This document shows positions 19,442 to 26,750 of a DNA stretch of 31,802 bases, one piece after another. How positions within the stretch are numbered: the stretch's first letter is position 1; each line of letters opens with the position of its first letter. The translations under genes and the position numbers were made by a program. The notes beneath the pieces were generated by a model that was not told where the DNA came from, made no database searches, and saw only the letters and a list, made by a program, of their open reading frames with translations. Origin of the DNA: an archaeon (lineage in GTDB: Archaea; EX4484-52; B79-G9); assembly GCA_043813875.1 (NCBI GenBank), contig JBDRKP010000012.1, forward strand, positions 1 through 31,802, read 5' to 3'.

Positions 19442-19563
19442 GTCGAGGTCGCCTAGCTCGGTATGGCGCCGGTCTTGAATCATAGAAGCGAAAAAACAAA
19501 GCGCTTCTATCCATGCAAACCGGTGTCCGCAAGGACTCGGGAGTTCAAATCTCTCCCTCGACG
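19442..19563 (+). tRNA. tRNA-Ser(UGA) with a 38-nt intron at 37/38 (19480-19517)
   Basis: Acceptor GTCGAGG/CCTCGAC plus discriminator G; anticodon stem CCGGT/ACCGG; TGA at 19476-19478; long variable arm. The intron has a 9-bp stem ATAGAAGCG/CGCTTCTAT. Confidence 0.93.
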
Positions 19564-19701
19564 CTATTCCAAACAATAACAGGTGACTTAAACGCAAGTT
19601 TAAGTCGCCCTGATGATCAACCTTTCTGAAGGTTGGTTCGAATCTCTCCCTCGACGCTATTCCAAACAATAACAGGTGACTTAAACGCAAGTTTAAGTCG
19701 C
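19543..19701 (+). repeat. 66-bp direct repeat (19543-19608 and 19636-19701) containing the tRNA-Ser 3' end and a downstream hairpin
   Basis: The copies are identical at 65 of 66 positions (GTTC[A/G]AAT...GTTTAAGTCGC) and are separated by 27 bp. Confidence 0.95.
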
Positions 19702-19751
19702 ACAATTACAAAAACAAAAACCAGTGACCTAAAGAGAAGTCAACAAAAGCA

Positions 19752-19825
19752 GTGTGCTTGAGCGAAGCGAAACACACCTGATGCTCAAGCTTTCAGAAGC
19801 TTGTGATCAACCTTTCTGAAGGTTG
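19752..19825 (+). repeat. Dispersed double-hairpin repeat, with the second hairpin duplicated
   Basis: 19752-19803 is 43/52 identical to 30706-30757. TGATCAACCTTTCTGAAGGTTG at 19804-19825 also occurs at 19614-19635. Confidence 0.85.
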
Positions 19826-19831
19826 CCCCAA

Positions 19832-19845
19832 AACAACCTTTATAA
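19832..19845 (+). promoter_or_regulatory. BRE/TATA promoter for the rps13 operon
   Basis: AACAACC-TTTATAAA, the same core as upstream of rpl3. Confidence 0.5.
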
Positions 19846-20022
19846 AGTTAACGGCACATAAAACAGTACTGTAGTATACAATGGTATCTACACACAAAAA
19901 CTACATTTGAAAATCTCAAATTGGTTGCTCAATCCTGCATCAGAGATTAAGCATAAAATCAGTCCAATTGAATTCTAAAACCATTAGAATCATAAGGACA
20001 TCAGCACAAATTAGGTGATATT

Positions 20023-20469
20023 TTGGCAATATTCGAAAACATAGTACGAGTCATGAACACAGACTTAAACGGCGACAAAAGCATAGCCTATGCACTGACA
20101 AGCATCAAGGGAGTCAACTACAACCTGGCAAAAGCAATTATATATCGCGCTAAAATAGACGGCACCAAAAAACTAAAAGACCTCAGTGAAAAAGACATAT
20201 CTGAAATTGAAAAGATCATAGAGGATCCGATAGAATCAAAAATACCCTCATGGTTACTAAATCGCAACAAGGACTACAAAACTGGTGAGAACCTGCACAT
20301 AACAGGCACAGACATAACCATAACAGTCCGTGAAGACATAAATCGCCTAAGAAAAATCCGCTCCTATCGCGGCATCAGACATGAAAAAGGACTCCCAACA
20401 AGAGGCCAGAGAACACGATCATCCTTCAGGAAAGGAGCAAAAGTCGGCGTAGTCAAGAAAAAGAAATAA
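20023..20469 (+). CDS. rps13: 30S ribosomal protein uS13
   Basis: ALTSIKGV, PSWLLNR, IRSYRGIRHEKGLPTRGQRTRS; TTG start after GGTGA. Confidence 0.96.
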   Translation: MAIFENIVRVMNTDLNGDKSIAYALTSIKGVNYNLAKAIIYRAKIDGTKKLKDLSEKDISEIEKIIEDPIESKIPSWLLNRNKDYKTGENLHITGTDITITVREDINRLRKIRSYRGIRHEKGLPTRGQRTRSSFRKGAKVGVVKKKK

Positions 20470-20496
20470 TTATCCAACAAAATATAGGTGAAACAT

Positions 20497-21213
20497 TTGG
20501 GAGACCCAAAAAAACAACACAAACACTATGACAGCGTGAAAAGACCGTGGGATAAAGACAGGATTCTGCTCGAAGAAAAGCTCGTCAAAAAATACGGAAT
20601 ACGCAGAAAAAAAGAGTTCAGAAAAGCAGAGACAATCCTAAGAAACCTAAGACAGCGCGCAAGAACACTCATAGGCACAAAGAACGAAAAAGAAGAATCA
20701 TTATTACTGAAAAAAGTATACGATATGGGATTCGCCAACAAAGATGCAACCATCGACACCATACTGGGATTGAAAATAGAATCCGTTCTCGACAGGCGCC
20801 TCCAGACCATGCTGCTAAAGCACAACCTTGCAAACACGCCACTACAGGCAAGACAATTCATCGCACACGGTCACATAACAGTGAACGGAATAAAAGCAAT
20901 ATCTCCAAGCTACACCGTAAAAATACACGAAGAAAACAACATCATCTTCAATCCAAACTCAAGCCTCAACCACACATTCAAGGCAGCTGAAAAAGAAGAG
21001 CCAAAAGTAAAAAAAGCTCCGTCTAAAGACGACAAAAAAGAAAAAGAACCCAGGAAAGAGAATACAGAACCAAAAAAAGAAACAAGCAAAAAACCAAAAA
21101 AAGAAGATAAAGCTCAACCTAAAGAAAAAACAATAAAAGAAAAAGAACCCAAAGCAAAAGAAACGACAAAAAAAGAACAATCCACCAAAAAAGAAGTTAA
21201 AGAAAAGAAATAA
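20497..21213 (+). CDS. rps4: 30S ribosomal protein uS4 with a ~70-aa Lys/Glu-rich tail
   Basis: (M)[33 protein letters not shown] start after GGTGA. Confidence 0.96.
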   Translation: MGDPKKQHKHYDSVKRPWDKDRILLEEKLVKKYGIRRKKEFRKAETILRNLRQRARTLIGTKNEKEESLLLKKVYDMGFANKDATIDTILGLKIESVLDRRLQTMLLKHNLANTPLQARQFIAHGHITVNGIKAISPSYTVKIHEENNIIFNPNSSLNHTFKAAEKEEPKVKKAPSKDDKKEKEPRKENTEPKKETSKKPKKEDKAQPKEKTIKEKEPKAKETTKKEQSTKKEVKEKK

Positions 21214-21224
21214 AGGCGGAGAAA

Positions 21225-21647
21225 ATGGCAGAAGAAAACGACAACAACAATAAATACAAAAGAGTAACCAAATGGGGCATCGCACACATCTACAGCAGCT
21301 TCAACAACACGATTGTTCACATAACAGACATCACAGGATCAGAAACAATATCAAGATACAGTTCAGGCATGATCACAGACAAAGGCCACCAGCAGGGAAC
21401 ACCATATCCATCCATGCAGGCATCAAAACGCGCCGCAGAAGAAGCACGGGAAAAAGGCATAACATCAGTCCATGTGAACGTACGTGCACCCGGTGGCCAC
21501 GGCGCAAAGACCCCGGGAAAAGGAGCACAACCAGCCATAAGAGCACTGATTCAGGGAGGGCTAAGGATAGGTAAAATCGAAGATTTGACACCCATACCAC
21601 ACGACACCACACGAAAAGCAGGCGGCCGGCGAGGTCGGAGGATTTAA
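21225..21647 (+). CDS. rps11: 30S ribosomal protein uS11
   Basis: [41 protein letters not shown]. Confidence 0.97.
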   Translation: MAEENDNNNKYKRVTKWGIAHIYSSFNNTIVHITDITGSETISRYSSGMITDKGHQQGTPYPSMQASKRAAEEAREKGITSVHVNVRAPGGHGAKTPGKGAQPAIRALIQGGLRIGKIEDLTPIPHDTTRKAGGRRGRRI

Positions 21648-21648
21648 A

Positions 21649-22422
21649 ATGAAAATCAACATGCTAAACAGCAAAAACAATGAACTCACATTCGAAATTC
21701 TCGACACAACACCCGAATTTGTAAACACCATCAGAAGAACAATCATTACAAAAACAAACACACTAGCAATCGACACAATAGACATCCACACAAACTCATC
21801 AGCCCTCTACAACGAAATACTTGCTCACCGCATCGGAATGATACCACTCAAATTCAAAGACGCACTCAAAAGAACAGAAGAATGCACATGCGAAGGAAAA
21901 GGATGCGTAAACTGCGAAGTAAAACTAGTCCTCAAAAAAAGCGGCCCATGCACAGTATACTCAAAAGATTTCAAATCAACAGACAAGAACGTAAAACCGA
22001 CAAGCAACAATATCATCATCGTAAAATTGCTCGACGGACAGGAAGTGAACCTGGAAGCGACAGCCAAGATAGGCACATGGCCCGAGCACGCCAAATGGCA
22101 ATCAGCCAATATCGGATACAGATACTATCCAGAACTAAAAGCAAACAAAGACTGCGACATGTGCAAAATCTGCGCAAAAGAATGCCCAAAATCCATAATA
22201 GACACAACAAAAAACATAAAACTAAAAGACAACTACGAATGCGACCTATGCAGCAAATGCACAGAGACATGCCCAAAAAAGGCATTGACACTCGAAAAAG
22301 ACAGCACACACATAATATTTAACATCAAATCCGTATCAGGTCTGGAACCAAAAGACATCATCATAAGTGCATTAAATACATTAAAATCCGACCTCGACGA
22401 AATATCCAAAAAGATCAAATAA
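21649..22422 (+). CDS. rpoD: DNA-directed RNA polymerase subunit D (Rpo3) with a ferredoxin-like domain
   Basis: NTIRR, NSSALYNEILAHRIGMIPL, EHAKW; Zn motif CTCEGKGCVNC; two CxxCxxCxxxCP motifs. Confidence 0.95.
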   Translation: MKINMLNSKNNELTFEILDTTPEFVNTIRRTIITKTNTLAIDTIDIHTNSSALYNEILAHRIGMIPLKFKDALKRTEECTCEGKGCVNCEVKLVLKKSGPCTVYSKDFKSTDKNVKPTSNNIIIVKLLDGQEVNLEATAKIGTWPEHAKWQSANIGYRYYPELKANKDCDMCKICAKECPKSIIDTTKNIKLKDNYECDLCSKCTETCPKKALTLEKDSTHIIFNIKSVSGLEPKDIIISALNTLKSDLDEISKKIK

Positions 22423-22445
22423 CACAAAATAATCATTCCTGGTCT

Positions 22446-22554
22446 GCAGGGGTACCCGAGCTGGCCAAAGGGGCAGGACTTAAGATTCAAAAAACAATCC
22501 ATAAGATATCCTGTAGACGCAGGTCTTACGAGGGTTCGAATCCCTTCCCCTGCA
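22446..22554 (+). tRNA. tRNA-Leu(UAA) with a 23-nt intron at 37/38 (22485-22507)
   Basis: Acceptor GCAGGGG/CCCCTGC plus A; stem CAGGA/TCCTG; TAA at 22481-22483; BHB helix CTTA/TAAG with two 3-nt bulges. Confidence 0.95.
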
Positions 22555-22593
22555 TAATGATCAAAAAATAAAATAAAAACAAACGTGAAAAAT

Positions 22594-22959
22594 ATGGCAA
22601 AAGGAACAGGACCAACCAATCCAAACACAAAAAATATAATCAAAAAACTAAAAAAACAATCAAACGATAAAAAAGTAAGTATCTGGAAAGACATAGCAAA
22701 ACGACTGGAAAGTCCAAAAAGAATACAACCAGCAGTTAACATAAGCAAACTCGAAAGATATTTAAATAAAGGAGACAGCGCAATAATACCCGGAAAAGTA
22801 CTAGGTGACGGAAACATCACAAAAGCAATAACCGTAAGCGCACTTAAGTTCTCAAAGACAGCAAGGTCCAAAATACAAAAAGCAGGCGGCAAATGCGTTA
22901 CATACGAAGAAATGATAACAAAAAACCCAAAAGGCTCAAAAATAAAAATAATGTCATAA
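22594..22959 (+). CDS. rpl18e: 50S ribosomal protein eL18
   Basis: PTNP, IWKDIA, VNISKL, PGKVLGDG, KIQKAGG. Confidence 0.96.
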   Translation: MAKGTGPTNPNTKNIIKKLKKQSNDKKVSIWKDIAKRLESPKRIQPAVNISKLERYLNKGDSAIIPGKVLGDGNITKAITVSALKFSKTARSKIQKAGGKCVTYEEMITKNPKGSKIKIMS

Positions 22960-22969
22960 AGGCGAAAAC

Positions 22970-23380
22970 ATGATAATAGATGCAACAGACACGATTTTAG
23001 GAAGGCTTTCAAGCCACTGTGCCAAAAAAGCGCTCAACGGCGAAGACATAATAATAGTCAACGCAGAAAAAGCGATAATCTCTGGCAGAAAGACAGACAT
23101 CTTAAGAAAATATAAATTCAAAAGAAACACCGGCGACGTAATGAAAGGCCCGTTCATCTCAAGAATGCCTGACAGAATAGTAAGAAGGACAATCAGAGGC
23201 ATGCTACCATGGAGCACTTCAAGAGGGAAAGTTGCATTCAAGAAGATACAAGTGCACATCGGCGAGCCAAAAAACATCACGGGCGTTCGGACAAAACTGG
23301 AACAATACAACAAAACGACATTGAATAATCCAAAATACACAACAATAGCAGACGTAAGTAAATGGCTTGGAGCAAAGTGA
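22970..23380 (+). CDS. rpl13: 50S ribosomal protein uL13
   Basis: IIDATDTILGRL, VNAEKAIISG, PDRIVRRTIRGMLP. Confidence 0.96.
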   Translation: MIIDATDTILGRLSSHCAKKALNGEDIIIVNAEKAIISGRKTDILRKYKFKRNTGDVMKGPFISRMPDRIVRRTIRGMLPWSTSRGKVAFKKIQVHIGEPKNITGVRTKLEQYNKTTLNNPKYTTIADVSKWLGAK

Positions 23381-23384
23381 TAAA

Positions 23385-23795
23385 ATGAGCAAAAAAATAA
23401 TCAACACAATCGGAAAAAGAAAACGCGCAATAGCCCGTGCAACCATCTCACAGGGAAGCGGCAAAATCATAATCAACAAAATACCATTGGAAAACATAAA
23501 ACCAGAACTAGCACAACTAAAAATACTGGAACCATTAATCATCTCAGGCAACATTAAAGACAAATTAGATATCAACGTGACCGTCAGCGGTGGAGGCACA
23601 TTCGGTCAGGCCGATGCAACAAGACAGGCAATTTCACGCGGTCTTGTAAGATGGAGTGACAGCAAAGAACTCCTGAAGACAATCATCAGCCACGACAGAA
23701 CCATGATCAGCTACGACCCCAGAAGAACAGAACCACACAAACCTTCCCGCTCAAAGCAAGGTCCAAGAAGAAAAAAACAGCTAAGTAAAAGGTGA
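23385..23795 (+). CDS. rps9: 30S ribosomal protein uS9
   Basis: GKRKRAIARA, VSGGGTFGQADA, DPRRTEPHKP, RRKKQLSKR. Confidence 0.96.
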   Translation: MSKKIINTIGKRKRAIARATISQGSGKIIINKIPLENIKPELAQLKILEPLIISGNIKDKLDINVTVSGGGTFGQADATRQAISRGLVRWSDSKELLKTIISHDRTMISYDPRRTEPHKPSRSKQGPRRKKQLSKR

Positions 23796-23799
23796 AGAC

Positions 23800-24036
23800 A
23801 TGATAATACCAATCAGATGCATTTCATGCGGCGAGCTAATAGGAGACAAATGGGAGAAATTCAGAGACGACCTCGCCCTTGGCAAGGACCCCAAAAAAAT
23901 ACTTGACGAACTCAAAGTAGAAAAATACTGCTGTAGGAGCATGTTAATAACCCACGTAGACCTGATTGACGAAATCGCAATCTTCAAGAAAAGGCTGATA
24001 CCACGCAAAGAACAATCAACTGCTCCTGTAGTCTAG
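23800..24036 (+). CDS. rpoN: DNA-directed RNA polymerase subunit N (Rpo10)
   Basis: MIIPIRCISCG...YCCRSMLITHVD; SD GGTGA. Confidence 0.96.
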   Translation: MIIPIRCISCGELIGDKWEKFRDDLALGKDPKKILDELKVEKYCCRSMLITHVDLIDEIAIFKKRLIPRKEQSTAPVV

Positions 24037-24136
24037 TCCGGTAAGGATGCCGGCCTTTCAAGCCGGTGGCTCGGGTTCAAATCTCTTAAATATTCTAATC
24101 ACACTAATATTTTGAGTGAAAATCCCGGCAGGAGCA
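24022..24136 (+). tRNA. tRNA-Glu(UUC) with a 41-nt T-loop intron at 59/60 (24082-24122)
   Basis: Acceptor GCTCCTG/CAGGAGC plus A; TTC at 24057-24059; perfect BHB GGG-TTCA-AA^T-CTC / GAG-TGAA-AA^T-CCC. Confidence 0.92.
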
Positions 24137-24180
24137 TTAATTATTTATTTCTTAGAGATACACTTAAAAGATACACAAAA

Positions 24181-24264
24181 GCAGGGGTCGCCCAGTTGGT
24201 CAAAGGCGCCGGGCTTAGGACCCGGTCTCGTAGGAGTTCGAGGGTTCAAATCCCTTCCCCTGCA
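24181..24264 (+). tRNA. tRNA-Leu(UAG), no intron
   Basis: Acceptor GCAGGGG/CCCCTGC plus A; CCGGG/CCCGG stem; TAG at 24216-24218; long variable arm. Confidence 0.96.
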
Positions 24265-24353
24265 CTATTCTTCAAATTCATTAATTGAGACCAAAACAGC
24301 CCAAACTCTTATAAATCTAATTCCTCCTAAACAATTATTGCTTCAAACAAAAT

Positions 24354-24463
24354 GATGAGGGTAAGATAGTCTGGTTAGTCCTGGAGACTGTGGATCTCTA
24401 TACCTGGGTTCAAAAATCAAGCCATTTCCAAAAATGCTTGTGTTGAAAATCCCAGCCCTCATC
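24354..24463 (+). tRNA. tRNA-His(GUG) with encoded G-1 and a 35-nt T-loop intron at 59/60 (24415-24449)
   Basis: G(-1)ATGAGGG/CCCTCAT-C; GTG at 24390-24392; BHB GGG-TTCA-AA^A-A / T-TGAA-AA^T-CCC. Confidence 0.9.
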
Positions 24464-24582
24464 CTTCATCAATCAAGCAGCAGAATATAAGAAATAACAT
24501 AAGAGAACAACACAAGAAAGCACATCTTGTCTAGAAACCAGATAACACATAAAACAGATACAGCATCAATCAGCAACAAAAC

Positions 24583-24598
24583 CACAAAGTATATAAAG
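24583..24598 (+). promoter_or_regulatory. Probable rRNA operon promoter (BRE/TATA)
   Basis: CACAAAG-TATATAAA about 300 nt upstream of the 16S, ahead of a hairpin-rich leader. Confidence 0.5.
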
Positions 24599-24815
24599 GT
24601 TTGCTTGACATATAGTATAATTCGCAACCACGGATTTATTTCTGAAATTCGTAACCAAGCAAGAACTATACTCCGTATAGCTTCTTGAAGCAAAAAATAG
24701 ACATATAGCGAACACATCACAAAGTCGATAAAACCTATCGATTTACACACAAAATAGATGTAGATATGTCAAACAATAAGTACAAGATGTTGGCTCAAAC
24801 ACAGTTTGAGTCAGA

Positions 24816-24841
24816 AAAAGGTGAAACTTTGTATAACTCCA
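24816..24841 (+). other. 5' arm of the 16S processing stem with bulge-helix-bulge (partner 26393-26418)
   Basis: CTTTGTATAACTCCA/TGGAGTTATACAAAG (15 bp), 4-bp helix GGTG/CACC, AAA bulges on both strands. Confidence 0.9.
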
Positions 24842-24896
24842 AAATATCCAAATTGGATATTTGGATCTTAGTGCAGCAATGCATTAAGATCCGCTA

Positions 24897-26365
<1,469 letters not shown>

Positions 26366-26483
26366 ACGTCGCCAGACAAATGTCTGGCACACTGGAGTTA
26401 TACAAAGCACCAAATTTTCACCATCAGACAATCAGAGAAATAAATCCTAAAAAAAGACTCTGCCCATAGCAGTAACAACAAGC

Positions 26484-26598
26484 GGGCTCTTAGTTCAGTT
26501 GGTAGAACGCTGCCCTTGCATCTACAGCTTTGCTGGAGACACAGCAAAATCGTTTGCAAGTGAGGCAGAGGCCGCGCGTTCGAATCGCGCAGAGTCCA
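26484..26598 (+). tRNA. tRNA-Ala(UGC) in the 16S-23S spacer, with a 42-nt intron at 37/38 (26521-26562)
   Basis: Acceptor GGGCTCT/AGAGTCC with G3:U70; TGC at 26517-26519; BHB helix CTTG/CAAG. Confidence 0.95.
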
Positions 26599-26715
26599 CT
26601 AAAAAAACATCAAAAAGCATATTCACAAAAATAAAAACCAACAACATGCCTTTGAAACCCATAGGTATGTCGGGAAATGTACACGCACCCACGCAACACA
26701 TACATGATGATCCAT

Positions 26716-26750
26716 CATAGGTTTGGAATAAGGATTTTGCACATATACGC
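26716..26750 (+). other. 5' arm of the 23S processing stem with bulge-helix-bulge (partner 29658-29692)
   Basis: CATAGGTTTGGAA/TTCCAAACCTATG, helix TAAG/CTTG, bulges GAT and TAA, TTTGCACATATACGC/GCGTATATGTGCGAA. Confidence 0.9.

Noticed and set aside
19609..19645. CTGATGA followed by a hairpin as a hammerhead ribozyme (also near 30732)
   Set aside because: GAAA does not directly follow the stem, and stems I and III with an NUH site cannot be built.
19778..19825. TGATG...CAGA...TGTGA...CTGA as a box C/D sRNA
   Set aside because: The would-be guides are locked in hairpins, and I found no complement in the rRNAs or tRNAs of this window.
19543..19825. CRISPR array
   Set aside because: There are only two long copies, no run of unique spacers and no cas genes.
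24605..24621. TTGACA and TATAAT as a bacterial sigma70 promoter
   Set aside because: The spacing is 5 nt rather than about 17, and the context is archaeal.
24469..24750. 93-aa minus-strand ORF
   Set aside because: It has no recognisable motif and overlaps the rRNA promoter and leader.
26704..26710. Perfect box C (ATGATGA) in the rRNA spacer
   Set aside because: No clean partner D box or K-turn could be built by eye.
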